Shown in pieces: positions 19,013 to 28,405 of a stretch of 64,000 bases of DNA. Source of the stretch: a virus (lineage: Duplodnaviria; Caudoviricetes); IMG/VR virus record IMGVR_UViG_3300046662_000041, positions 1 to 64,000 of that record; one strand, 5' to 3'. Each line of letters begins with the position of its first letter. Positions within the stretch are counted from its first letter, which is position 1. The notes below the pieces were generated by a model. The model saw nothing but the letters and a program-made list of their open reading frames with translations. It did no database searches and had not been told where the DNA came from. A program made the position numbers and the translations under genes.

Positions 19013-19375
19013 TTAGTCGACAGAATCGTCTGCATGCCCCTCGTGACCCTGAGGAAAATTGTAGAAATCGGCCTTGATGACAGCCACTTCAACGGCAAGA
19101 TCACCATAGCCATCTTCCTTCCATCGGATCACATGCTTTCCGTCATCGGATGCGATAATTGACGTCCATAACCCAGCAGCTCCATCGAGCTGCATAGCCT
19201 CCCAATAGCAACCTCTGCTTTCGGCAAAGCCTTGAAGATCCTGAGCTGGTGTCAAATCGTCCGCAGTATAAGTGTCATCCTGCCCGCGTGCAGCCGCGAG
19301 CATGCATAGCATTGCGACGACCACAAGAATGATAATTCGAGGGACGAGGTATTTCTGATGTGGTGTCATTGTCAT
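19013..19375 (-). CDS. secreted or membrane-anchored hypothetical protein
   Basis: N-terminal hydrophobic signal-like segment, ATGA-coupled. Confidence 0.55.
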   Translation of the reverse strand: MTMTPHQKYLVPRIIILVVVAMLCMLAAARGQDDTYTADDLTPAQDLQGFAESRGCYWEAMQLDGAAGLWTSIIASDDGKHVIRWKEDGYGDLAVEVAVIKADFYNFPQGHEGHADDSVD

Positions 19376-19905
19376 CCTGCGTGTGCAATACGGACGGCGT
19401 TGCCAGGCACGAGATCATTGTTGATCCGTCTGGAGGCTTTCTGTCTGCGGAAGGCAGCCCTTCGTGCTAAGATTGTTGGCTTATCCACAATTTGTTGGGC
19501 TTTCTTCAAAGCCCAAGCTTGGACGCGAGTAACCGTTGCTTGATCGATAGGCTTGATGTTTTCTTCGCCGGCCTCTTTTGCTCGTGCGGCCGCAATGGTG
19601 AACTCTGCTCGCATGCCGACGCCAAGGAGCTCAGGTACAAGCTGGGCCATACGAATTAGCCTATGACTGCGATGCGGCCGCAGCCGTCCCTTACCGTGCG
19701 GCATCGCAAGCCGGCCAAAACGATCAGTTGCATAGCGGATGTATGTGCCTCGGCCTTCTGCTGGGACTGCAGGATTCTCATCAGCTTTCAGCCCCTGGGC
19801 CTTTTGCAAAATTGTCCGGACGATATCTTGCCAGGCCTTAAGCTGCTCTTCACGCAGGACAGCAGGCTCGCTTTCGGGCTTACTCGCTAGCTTGATTCTC
19901 GCCAC
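19372..19905 (-). CDS. basic hypothetical protein
   Basis: GGAGG RBS, GTG start, 177 aa. Confidence 0.6.
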   Translation of the reverse strand: MARIKLASKPESEPAVLREEQLKAWQDIVRTILQKAQGLKADENPAVPAEGRGTYIRYATDRFGRLAMPHGKGRLRPHRSHRLIRMAQLVPELLGVGMRAEFTIAAARAKEAGEENIKPIDQATVTRVQAWALKKAQQIVDKPTILARRAAFRRQKASRRINNDLVPGNAVRIAHAG

Positions 19906-20203
19906 TTGATCCCTCCATTATGGGTACGTCGAGATTAACAACAGCGATGCCGTGTGCTGCCACCACCTGCTTGAAACGTGTGATGGTTTCCTTGAGCTCA
20001 TCAGTTTCTGCTTCTGCTCCATTCAAAGCGAGACCGCGATCGTCATAGTCGGCTAGAAGCTCACGCACCCGGCCCATATCACCGATGTGCAAGCCAGCAT
20101 CGATATTGATGCGGAGTGCTTTGATAGCTTCCGTGCGCGTCTCGACGTGTACTTCCTTTTGCGTTTTGACAGCACTAGCCCGGGCAGTTTTCGAAATGCT
20201 CAT
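19880..20203 (-). CDS. hypothetical protein
   Basis: AGGAGG RBS before ATG 20203 (MSISK). Confidence 0.6.
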   Translation of the reverse strand: MSISKTARASAVKTQKEVHVETRTEAIKALRINIDAGLHIGDMGRVRELLADYDDRGLALNGAEAETDELKETITRFKQVVAAHGIAVVNLDVPIMEGSSGENQASE

Positions 20204-20211
20204 CGAGCCTC

Positions 20212-20352
20212 CTAAAATGTGACTGATGCAATCACAGCAAACGATCCTAGCCAATAGATGCCGCGGTGCCAGTCTCGCTGAAAGAAGTACGCGATGCTGG
20301 CCGCGAGGCACTCGACGCAGATCACGATGGAGATGATTTTTCCTGGAGCCAT
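20212..20352 (-). CDS. small two-TM membrane protein, not in ORF track
   Basis: Manual translation MAPGKIISIVICVECLAASIAYFFQRDWHRGIYWLGSFAVIASVTF, 46 aa. Confidence 0.6.
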   Translation of the reverse strand: MAPGKIISIVICVECLAASIAYFFQRDWHRGIYWLGSFAVIASVTF

Positions 20353-20365
20353 TAGAAGATTTGAC

Positions 20366-20395
20366 ATCCTATAGTGAAAGCCAGATTCCTGTCAA
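20366..20395 (-). promoter_or_regulatory. sigma70-type promoter
   Basis: TTGACA-N18-TAGGAT. Confidence 0.6.
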
Positions 20396-20398
20396 GCG

Positions 20399-20587
20399 TT
20401 ATTTGACAAGCCGCAACACTGAAAAAGGTATACTGAAACTATTGGCCCATGTTGTTTTCATTCGTGGATGAAGCCGGACAAGGACCTTACCATCGCCACA
20501 AACCATTGTCAGTAGCGTGACTTTCGTACCCTTCGGCACGACACGATCCGACGATCCTCTTACCACTTCATAGACTTTGTCTGTCAT
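20399..20587 (-). CDS. hypothetical small protein
   Basis: ATGA-coupled to the SLT gene. Confidence 0.5.
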   Translation of the reverse strand: MTDKVYEVVRGSSDRVVPKGTKVTLLTMVCGDGKVLVRLHPRMKTTWANSFSIPFSVLRLVK

Positions 20588-21153
20588 GGCTGCACTCGCA
20601 GTTCGGCCACAAGCAGGACCTTGTCGGCGTATCCACTATCACAGGATGGGCAACCAACTCCTAGGCCATTGTAATGGTGAAGGCCTTCACGCACGCCGTG
20701 TTGCCGCGTATAACCTGCTAGGATCTCAGTCCCTTTCTGAAGATTGAAAGCCGGATCCTCAAGCTGAAGGCGGTTAATATGCCAGATTCGACTCACTTGC
20801 ATCAAACCAACCGCGCCTTCACTGGACACAACCTTCGGTCGACAAGTGGATTCAACTATCACCACGGCCGTTACAAGCCGGACAGGAAGCCCATGCCGGT
20901 GTGCAGCACGTGCCGTCAATTCCGCATAAGTATCACTGCAGCCGTGCGCCAGGTACAACATCCTTGCGATCCTGGCAGCAAGTTTGATCTCTTTCTCGAT
21001 TCGCTCTTCACGAAGTTCCAGAGTAATGGTGCCAGGCGTTTGTTTGATTGTCTGGATCCGTACTGCCCGCGGCCCCGGTTCATTGGCTACTTGCTCTATC
21101 AACAGGCCAGTAGCGATGATGAGAAGGAATACGATTATTAGTGTGCGTTTCAC
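20584..21153 (-). CDS. membrane-anchored lytic transglycosylase (SLT)
   Basis: AVVIVES, SEGAVGLMQV, N...G...L, HYNG; N-terminal TM; AGGAGG RBS before GTG 21153. Confidence 0.9.
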   Translation of the reverse strand: MKRTLIIVFLLIIATGLLIEQVANEPGPRAVRIQTIKQTPGTITLELREERIEKEIKLAARIARMLYLAHGCSDTYAELTARAAHRHGLPVRLVTAVVIVESTCRPKVVSSEGAVGLMQVSRIWHINRLQLEDPAFNLQKGTEILAGYTRQHGVREGLHHYNGLGVGCPSCDSGYADKVLLVAELRVQP

Positions 21154-21233
21154 GATCTCCTCCTGCTGCCTGGTATAATTGCAAGCCAGATCAGCACGCA
21201 TAGAACGATGAGCAGCACATATGTCATATGAGC

Positions 21234-21277
21234 AGCATAAGCAAAATGCCGCGGCAGTGGCAATAGTACGAAAGTAC
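21234..21277 (-). promoter_or_regulatory. GTAC-box promoter, copy 2
   Basis: GTACTTTCGTAC-TA-TTGCCA-N18-TATGCT. Confidence 0.75.
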
Positions 21278-21451
21278 TCCTTCAAGGCTTTGGATAGGCA
21301 AGGAAATACTTCGTGCTCCACTTGCCTGTGGCTTCATCTTGCACAGAATCAGTCCACTTGATAACCTGCCGCTCACAACGGTCATTACTACGGGAAAGAC
21401 GTTGAAAGGTATTGAGCCACTGCTCTTTGTCCGACATCATTAGCTCTTCCA

Positions 21452-21985
21452 TTATTTGCGTGTCCTCGTCTGATAGTACTCTGCTTCCAGCAGATGCAGA
21501 TTGCTCGGAAACGGCCCCGCCTTGAAGCGACCGCCAGTGATGAGCTCGATAGTCAGGTCGTACCGTTTCTGCAAGCCCTTCAATTCTGGCGTGGCTCGTG
21601 CAGGACTCGCGTTATCCAGGACATCTGCAATCTTCACGATCCGGCCGAGCGGATGCTCGTTACAACGCAGTGTGTAGTCACGATACGTTTCATTCTCTCG
21701 ACGGCTCACTGCATCGACTGCTTCACTGATTCTCAAACCGAAACAGCATTGGATATCTTCCAGCGTACGCCGTGTATCCTCGACAACATCATGCAAGACA
21801 CCGACGATCATATAGAGCGGATCAAGCGGCTCGAGTGCCAGCATGACGCGGAGTGAGTGGCCAATGTACATATGCCCTGTCTTATCAACCTGCCCGCGGT
21901 GGGCATTAGTCGCAAAGACAATCGCATCATTTATCAATTTGCTATTGTGGGCCTTCTCGATTTCGGTTTCGTACTGAGTCATCAT
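21452..21985 (-). CDS. HD-domain hydrolase, Mesh1/small-alarmone-hydrolase-like
   Basis: AH.GQVDK.G..YI.H, LHDVVEDT, VKIAD..DN. Confidence 0.8.
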   Translation of the reverse strand: MMTQYETEIEKAHNSKLINDAIVFATNAHRGQVDKTGHMYIGHSLRVMLALEPLDPLYMIVGVLHDVVEDTRRTLEDIQCCFGLRISEAVDAVSRRENETYRDYTLRCNEHPLGRIVKIADVLDNASPARATPELKGLQKRYDLTIELITGGRFKAGPFPSNLHLLEAEYYQTRTRK

Positions 21986-22326
21986 TCCTCCATTGAAGTT
22001 TCTAGGTCCTCGAAAAGGTCTGGTTGGAAGAAGCGCCTGATAATTTCCTTCGCAAGCTTGCCGTCGCTAGCCGGAATGTTTTGCAAAGCTAGCCGACTCT
22101 TCCATATACGGCCGGGCGGCGACTCGAGCACGAAAACCTTGTGCACGCAAATCGGGCCATAAAGCACACCATTGACCTCCCAGCCGCGCTTAAGATGCTT
22201 CCCACAGCGTGCACATCGGCCAGCCTTGTTGTCGACCGCGCGCGGTGAGGTGACTGCAACGTGCGGACGGTCATCAATCATGCGTACTTCTCCCATGATG
22301 GGAAGTGGCGAAGAAGCCACAACCAA
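21982..22326 (-). CDS. zinc-finger (CxxC...GPIC) hypothetical protein
   Basis: CARCGKHL...YGPIC; QPDLF near C-terminus. Confidence 0.55.
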   Translation of the reverse strand: MVVASSPLPIMGEVRMIDDRPHVAVTSPRAVDNKAGRCARCGKHLKRGWEVNGVLYGPICVHKVFVLESPPGRIWKSRLALQNIPASDGKLAKEIIRRFFQPDLFEDLETSMEE

Positions 22327-22363
22327 ATCCAGGCGTTGAGCTCTGGCTTTCTCATTACTGACC

Positions 22364-23242
22364 TCACATGTCGATCGGATCGCGGAAGCCTAAGAATACT
22401 GGAAAGCGGGGCCGGTCTTTACTCCCAGTCGGAAAGTACTTGAATTTAATAATCTTGCCAACGAGCATATCGCGGACCTTCCAGAAGGCGATCCGTTGTG
22501 CGGCATCCAGTCCTGTGCCGATGCTGAACTCGACGCCGGCGTACTCGCTGCCTTCCACTCCACGGACCTCAAATGCTCCGAGGTCACCATGACCGGTCAA
22601 GTTTTCCTTATGAGATGACCGGGCAGTCTGGCCAAGAAGATTGTGGATTGCAATATTGTCGTTCCGCATACGTTCATTAGTGTCCAATATAACGGCCTCT
22701 CCGTCAAGAAATCTTTTCAGTTTCAGCAGATAGCCTTCATTGGTAGTGCTGCGGCCTTGCTTGTACGGTCCGTTGACAGACCGGATCATCACACCTTCGT
22801 ATCCTTCCTCTACACGAGCGATTTCGTAAGCTCGCAATTCGTCTGTGTCGTGGACTGCAATATGCGGCACCACAACGATCCCTGGCCTGCCATTGAGCTT
22901 GCAGACGGTTTCGTAACGTGTCATAAAGCCGCCAGCGGCCAGAAAGTTATCGAAAACGTAGAAACGAATCTGCGTCGGCTCACCATCCTCACTCATCGCG
23001 GCCGAAACCGTATTGCGATAAGGATCGTCAATCGGGCTACCAAGGATGAGTTCACCATCAGTGCCCTCTGGCAGTCCACGGAACAAGCGCTGCACATATG
23101 CGTTGGGAATCGGCTTGAGTTGTCTGGAGACGAGCTGGCCAGCAATAACCAAGGCGCGAATGCCGTCCAGTTTGGGTGAGACGATGACAGGAAAGGTCAC
23201 CGAGCCAGGCACTTCACATTTACCAGCAAGCATTGGTTTCAT
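22364..23242 (-). CDS. ATP-dependent DNA ligase
   Basis: SPKLDGIR (motif I), DGEL, EGYEGVMIR, LLKLK, PRFPVF. Confidence 0.95.
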   Translation of the reverse strand: MKPMLAGKCEVPGSVTFPVIVSPKLDGIRALVIAGQLVSRQLKPIPNAYVQRLFRGLPEGTDGELILGSPIDDPYRNTVSAAMSEDGEPTQIRFYVFDNFLAAGGFMTRYETVCKLNGRPGIVVVPHIAVHDTDELRAYEIARVEEGYEGVMIRSVNGPYKQGRSTTNEGYLLKLKRFLDGEAVILDTNERMRNDNIAIHNLLGQTARSSHKENLTGHGDLGAFEVRGVEGSEYAGVEFSIGTGLDAAQRIAFWKVRDMLVGKIIKFKYFPTGSKDRPRFPVFLGFRDPIDM

Positions 23243-23251
23243 AATGCCTCC

Positions 23252-23334
23252 AGCATACCATGCTGCGGAATTTGCAGCAATAGTACTTTAGTACCAAAAT
23301 ACTGATAGCACTTTCGTACCAAGTACAAAATTAC
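23252..23334 (-). promoter_or_regulatory. GTAC-box promoter copy 3 (ligase) plus two extra boxes
   Basis: GTACTAAAGTAC-TA-TTGCTG-N17-TATGCT; extra boxes at 23308-23319 and 23323-23334 in the divergent intergenic region. Confidence 0.75.
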
Positions 23335-23347
23335 AGGATCCTACCTA

Positions 23348-23377
23348 TTGTCAATAGCCTGATAGAGCCAATATAGT
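23348..23377 (+). promoter_or_regulatory. sigma70-type promoter
   Basis: TTGTCA-N18-TATAGT upstream of the HTH gene at 23447. Confidence 0.6.
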
Positions 23378-23446
23378 CGCGGCGTTGGTCTCGCATGACC
23401 GTCCAATTGATCGGCCGGCATGTCCAACTGCTAAGGAGAAGTTAAA

Positions 23447-23839
23447 ATGCTTCGAAAAACTACGGGCCTGCATCGTCTCGATTCCTCGAAGGTCAAGCAG
23501 CTCTACGCCAAGCTGAAAAATATCAATGCTGTTGCAGCAGAAGTCGGCGGATCCTACATGGGAGTCCGTCGAAATCTGCTTGCGCAGGGCATCAAGCTTG
23601 AGTCCACGCGTCGTGTTGCTGGCACGCCTGCAACCGCGGCTACACGCAAGACTGTGGCATCAGGCAATGGTGGAGGCCGCTTGTCCCGAGAGGACATAGT
23701 CGCGGTGGCGCGTGGTGTTGCGTCTGCTGTCTTGGGCAGCGCAACCCTTCAAATCCAACCCAAAACTCGTGAAGAGTTGTGGGAGTCGATTGAACAAGGT
23801 GTCACATCCGGTTTCAAAGAAATCGGATTTCGACCTTGA
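23447..23839 (+). CDS. HTH DNA-binding protein (SYMG family paralog 1)
   Basis: INAVAAEVGGSYMGVRRNL HTH pattern; AAGGAG RBS. Confidence 0.75.
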   Translation: MLRKTTGLHRLDSSKVKQLYAKLKNINAVAAEVGGSYMGVRRNLLAQGIKLESTRRVAGTPATAATRKTVASGNGGGRLSREDIVAVARGVASAVLGSATLQIQPKTREELWESIEQGVTSGFKEIGFRP

Positions 23840-24240
23840 ACATTATGGGGGCGCCTGACTGGCGCCCCCATTTTACCAAAATGGACAGATGTAGTATCTG
23901 CGGCGGCCCTTTCCTGGCACGTGATCACGCTGGCAATACGATAGAGCGTCGCCATTGGACCAGACGATTTCCTGATTACGAATTGTGTGGCAGATGCTGG
24001 CGAAATCTAACGCTCTTCATCAACAGCGCGATCCAAGAGGAGCTAATGCCAATGATCCACTATCACATCGAGTGGGATGATGATATCAAAGGAAAGCACA
24101 TTGATTATTATCCATTTGACTCAGAAGTCGAAGCCCGTAATTCGGCCGCTAGTCTTGTGCGTCCTCGTGAACGCTGGTCAATTCAAAAGTTTGATGGTCA
24201 ATGCTTTGGCAAATGTCATTTACCGAAACAGGAGACATGA
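23836..24240 (+). CDS. hypothetical Cys-containing protein (possibly two ORFs)
   Basis: CxxC...CxxC; internal GAGGAG RBS near 24038. Confidence 0.45.
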   Translation: MNIMGAPDWRPHFTKMDRCSICGGPFLARDHAGNTIERRHWTRRFPDYELCGRCWRNLTLFINSAIQEELMPMIHYHIEWDDDIKGKHIDYYPFDSEVEARNSAASLVRPRERWSIQKFDGQCFGKCHLPKQET

Positions 24241-24503
24241 TGCCTATAAGATGAGAAGAGATGAGTAATGGCAACAAAAGTGGCAAGGTTACATCGGGCA
24301 CGGCATTTAGGTCAGCCTCGTATAAATCAACGGCACGGCATTTTCAAGAATGGAGGCGACCGAGGGATCCACGAGCCATCTCTCGATCGCCTCGGCGGCT
24401 AGTATGGCCCACGCGTCACCAAAGCTTGCTTCCTCACCGATCATACCGGCTTCGTTGCACCAATACCAATCCACTTTTGCCAATGGAGGGCTGAACACGC
24501 GTC

Positions 24504-25196
24504 TCATCGGCCCGGCTGCCTTGGATACGGAATCTGACATCGCAATTGTGCTCCGAATGACATTCGCCACTGCATATCAGCGATTGGGACTCGATGGACC
24601 TTACTTGGCAGGCAGACATCGTGCACTGTGATATAGTTATTATCGTAGCGTGGCCCTGGCGATCGCATCCTATACCGCTCGTCTTTGAAACAAGGGATCT
24701 GTGAGTCCCGTAGCGCCCAGCACACCTGTAAATCTTCACCACGAAGTGATTTCGATTGGTCGGCGGCTGCCCACACGTCCGCTATGAACTGTGCCTGCGT
24801 GACAAGTGCGGCCGCGCGTGCCGAAAGCCAATAGCCAGGACCGCCGGATGCATACGCATTGATGCCGGGGTCATAACTAAAGTAGCCGAGATAATCATGC
24901 GACGCATAATCAGAAGCAAGCAATCTCTCGATCTGGACATAAGTGTCTGTATCACATTTGAAAATGTTTGTGTATCCATTTTCTAATGCCCACCGCAGCA
25001 TCGCCTGCGTCTTGAAGGGCAGATTGACGAAGTCATCCGCCGCATCCAAGACAATAATGTCCTCGCGATCCTTTCCGCAGCCGTGGCCACGAAAGAATTT
25101 ATAATCGGCTTGAGTACCAGCAAGAAATGTAGCGAGCTGCTGGCTTTCCAACTCATAATCGCGCTTACAGCTTAGAATTGCGATCAGTGGCTTCAT
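24504..25196 (-). CDS. GT31-like (galactosyltransferase/Fringe) glycosyltransferase
   Basis: LPFKT, FKCDTDTY (DxD), ASGGPGYWLS, ED. Confidence 0.8.
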   Translation of the reverse strand: MKPLIAILSCKRDYELESQQLATFLAGTQADYKFFRGHGCGKDREDIIVLDAADDFVNLPFKTQAMLRWALENGYTNIFKCDTDTYVQIERLLASDYASHDYLGYFSYDPGINAYASGGPGYWLSARAAALVTQAQFIADVWAAADQSKSLRGEDLQVCWALRDSQIPCFKDERYRMRSPGPRYDNNYITVHDVCLPSKVHRVPIADMQWRMSFGAQLRCQIPYPRQPGR

Positions 25197-26854
25197 CGCC
25201 GTTTCCAGGACTCCCATACCCAAGGATAGCAGAAGCGCTGTTCGTGTGTTAAAGAAAGAGCAGACCGGATTGCATCTCGGCGAGTATCTGCATCAGGAAC
25301 AAACCGATGGAACTGGATCTGGAGATTCTTAATCATCTTGATGTAGCCTGTGCTAATAAGCCGCGGTATAATCTCGAATTCTCCCCCTTCACAGTTTAAG
25401 CTCATCAGATCAATCTCCCAATGATGGAAGCTGCTCGCATCTTTAAGCTCGATAATCTCAGGAACTGGAGCACCATAAATAGGATCCACTGCTAACTGCT
25501 GCTGATCCGGACCTCCGCGAAATGCGCTCGAATTCTGTCCCTGCTTGTATAAGGTAATGGTCTTCGTGATATTGGAAAGACCATAATTAAGAACCTGAAC
25601 CTTGGGATTGTCCTTAAAGCGGTGGCAGATTGCATCGAAAAATTCCTTCACAGGCTCAAAAATCCGCACTCGTGGATTGTAGCGCCGGATTATATCGTCA
25701 GAGAATGTGCCGCGATAGCCTCCGACATCGAATACCAGACTGTCCTCATTAAGGTCGTAAGTCTTGGTATCCTCGTGATCAGAGTATTTGCCCCAATAGT
25801 TCTGCTGGAGCATTTCGTCGAGAGTCTCATCCAGCGATTTCGTGATTGACCAATTCGGATAGTGTGCTTGAAGCTTGCGCAGATCGCTAATATAACAAAC
25901 GTGATCGCCAACGCGGGCTTCTTCAACATATTCGGTCTTAACCTTCAGGCCTGTCTTTTGCTCAATCAGAGCAATAGCCTCAAGGATGGAGATGCTGTTT
26001 TGCCGGCCGCCACCAATGTTGTATGCCTCGCCCGGCCGCGGTGCCTTAATAATCTCTTCCATGGCGCGCAGTACGTCATTGGAGTGAATGTTATCGCGGA
26101 CCTGCTTGCCCTTGTAACCGAAGATCCTGTACGTCGTACCAGTGATTGCACACTTCACGAGATAAGACAGGAAACCGTGCATCTCGACGCCAGAGTGCCC
26201 TGGGCCAGTCAAGCAGCCACCACGGAGGACAACCGTCTTTAGGCCGTAGCGAGCATAATCGCGGACCATACGATCCGCTTCGAGCTTGTGAAGGCCGAAG
26301 GTCAGCTCTTGATCCTTGTCGTCAATCTCCAGTCCTTCACTTACACCTTCAACCGTATCAACACCTGCCGGCTGCACCATATTGTGCGCATAGTCGTACC
26401 GTTCATTCAGCTCCCAAAACTTGCACCAGTTTGGCGAGTTGCCATAAATCTTGTTGGTGCTCATAAAGATGAATACTGCATTCGGATTGTGCTTCTTGGC
26501 ACCCTCAAGAAGATTCTTCGTGCCAAGCACATTAACGTGATAGTCAAGCTCCGGATTTTCCCGTGCCTTGTCGTGCGACGGCTGCGCTGCACAGTGAATG
26601 ATCGCATCGTACGGTGCGCCTTGAAAAACGTAGTAATTCAGTGCGTAGCCATCACAGATATCAGTCTCGTGGTGCTTGTAGTTTGGCACATTGTGCGCCA
26701 CGCGATGAAGATTCCATAGCGTATCTCCGGCAGGACCAAAGAACTGCGCGCGCATATTGTTGTCCACGCCAACAATCTCGTGGCCACGTGTCCCAAAATA
26801 CTCCACGGCCTCGCCGCCGATAAGGCCGCAACTGCCAGTGATCAAAATCCTCAT
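25193..26854 (-). CDS. NAD-dependent sugar epimerase fused to FkbM-family methyltransferase
   Basis: ITGSCGLIG, AAQPSHD, STNKIYG, GKQVRDNIH; C-terminal FDVGGYRG...FEPV...NCEGGE. Confidence 0.9.
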   Translation of the reverse strand: MRILITGSCGLIGGEAVEYFGTRGHEIVGVDNNMRAQFFGPAGDTLWNLHRVAHNVPNYKHHETDICDGYALNYYVFQGAPYDAIIHCAAQPSHDKARENPELDYHVNVLGTKNLLEGAKKHNPNAVFIFMSTNKIYGNSPNWCKFWELNERYDYAHNMVQPAGVDTVEGVSEGLEIDDKDQELTFGLHKLEADRMVRDYARYGLKTVVLRGGCLTGPGHSGVEMHGFLSYLVKCAITGTTYRIFGYKGKQVRDNIHSNDVLRAMEEIIKAPRPGEAYNIGGGRQNSISILEAIALIEQKTGLKVKTEYVEEARVGDHVCYISDLRKLQAHYPNWSITKSLDETLDEMLQQNYWGKYSDHEDTKTYDLNEDSLVFDVGGYRGTFSDDIIRRYNPRVRIFEPVKEFFDAICHRFKDNPKVQVLNYGLSNITKTITLYKQGQNSSAFRGGPDQQQLAVDPIYGAPVPEIIELKDASSFHHWEIDLMSLNCEGGEFEIIPRLISTGYIKMIKNLQIQFHRFVPDADTRRDAIRSALSLTHEQRFCYPWVWESWKRR

Positions 26855-27588
26855 GTCTGCCACCCTTTCGGATACTCGCCGTTGACGATAAACATTTGTG
26901 TCGCGTCATGTCGGACGGCATGCAAGCGTCCCATCCATTCGGCAAGGCGATATAGCTTGATCAAGTTTGATTGACTCCAGAAAGTTAGTGGCCCGTTGCC
27001 ATAGCCCTTGTCGACACAAGTTGACAGTGTATGAAGATGTGGTGTGAGCACCTGGCCGATCCACAGATCCTCGGAGTGAGGATACGGTGAGATCCATGCA
27101 GTGTACCCTAGCAAGCCTCGATACGTGCGCTCACTATATGCAGCAACGCCAGCATTTACAACGAGCCTAGCAGCTTTCATACTCAGCCACGAAGCGCTGC
27201 CTTGCACGAAGCCGTATACATTTGGAATGCCTGAATATATCTTGCCAAGGTAACCAACCACAGCACCTGCGTAGTCGTATGCCGCATGCCCACGAAGCTT
27301 AAGCTCTGCAACATTGACATACGTATTTGTGTTGACCTTTAAGATCGCTTCGTAGCCTTGCTCAATACACCACTTGAGCATGGCCTCCACTTTCCATATC
27401 AGTGAATCTTTATCATCCGGCACATCAAGCCGAATTTCATCAGCACGCAGCTCTTGGATTCCGCGACCGACGAAAAAGCGTAGGTCCGCCCAGCCTGTCA
27501 GATCTGAGCCCCACGTGTCACGAATAGCTTGGTGATGTCCATCGCGCCCGTGAAGCTCACAACCCATTATGGCGGCAATAATTCTCAA
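26851..27588 (-). CDS. GT31-like glycosyltransferase (DxD replaced by NTN)
   Basis: AIRDTW, LRFFVG, ILKVNTNTYV, WLS, EDLWIG; GGAGGAG RBS before TTG 27588. Confidence 0.7.
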   Translation of the reverse strand: MRIIAAIMGCELHGRDGHHQAIRDTWGSDLTGWADLRFFVGRGIQELRADEIRLDVPDDKDSLIWKVEAMLKWCIEQGYEAILKVNTNTYVNVAELKLRGHAAYDYAGAVVGYLGKIYSGIPNVYGFVQGSASWLSMKAARLVVNAGVAAYSERTYRGLLGYTAWISPYPHSEDLWIGQVLTPHLHTLSTCVDKGYGNGPLTFWSQSNLIKLYRLAEWMGRLHAVRHDATQMFIVNGEYPKGWQT

Positions 27589-28405
27589 CGCTTCTCCTCC
27601 ACGTTCCATTTGGATCTGCGGGGCCATGGTGGCGATTGTATTGGTGCTGAATTACAAAAGGCTTGCCGCCTGCTTCTGTAAAGACGCGACCAGTTTCCTG
27701 TTCGAAGAATGGCATTGGAATCGTCCAGATCGCCGGATCGCTTGGCGAAAGGAAGATGCCAGCCGTGGTGATGAAAGCTTCACTCGGCTCGGGGATTCGA
27801 ATGATCGACTTGAAGGGCTCAGTCCTGGCCACCACATTGAAAAGCCCTTGGTCGATTCCCTGCATCGCACTAATGCCGCGCATCTTGTCAACCATCGTTT
27901 GAAACAGGAATTCCATCGCTTCGGCGGAGCCGCCGATCGTGCCGCTGCAGAGGACCTCTTCTTCGCGGAGCTGATGGTACCGCTGCTCTGGCACCAGCAT
28001 CTTAATCCAGATATCGTTGATGTCCTGATGCTTGATCAGCCAGCCTTCTTTGATCGCAACGAGCTGAAAGCCACCCATTGCATTCTGGAGAGCTGGGCCT
28101 GGATTTGTCTGGAAAACGACGTCGCACACGTCCGTCCAAAGGACGTTGCGAAAAGAGCCACGAGCCGCGTGCAAGAAAGACAGTGCAGGCGCGTAACGGC
28201 CTGTCTGGAAATGAACGCTAGGATTCGTCGTCGTGTGATAGACTTCGAAACCGTGCAGCGTTAATGCATCAACCGTATCGGCGGCAACGTTTTCAACAAG
28301 CATCACCTTCCGACCTTTGAAGCCGGAGTCACCGAGTGACTTAACGTACACGTCGAGATCGGCCCAGCGACGATCCTTGATGACGGACAGGATCAAATCT
28401 TGCAT
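27557..28405 (-). CDS. GT-A fold glycosyltransferase
   Basis: WTDVCDVVFQTNP, CSGTIGG, DQGLFN, HQYNR. Confidence 0.75.
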   Translation of the reverse strand: MQDLILSVIKDRRWADLDVYVKSLGDSGFKGRKVMLVENVAADTVDALTLHGFEVYHTTTNPSVHFQTGRYAPALSFLHAARGSFRNVLWTDVCDVVFQTNPGPALQNAMGGFQLVAIKEGWLIKHQDINDIWIKMLVPEQRYHQLREEEVLCSGTIGGSAEAMEFLFQTMVDKMRGISAMQGIDQGLFNVVARTEPFKSIIRIPEPSEAFITTAGIFLSPSDPAIWTIPMPFFEQETGRVFTEAGGKPFVIQHQYNRHHGPADPNGTWRRSVENYCRHNGL

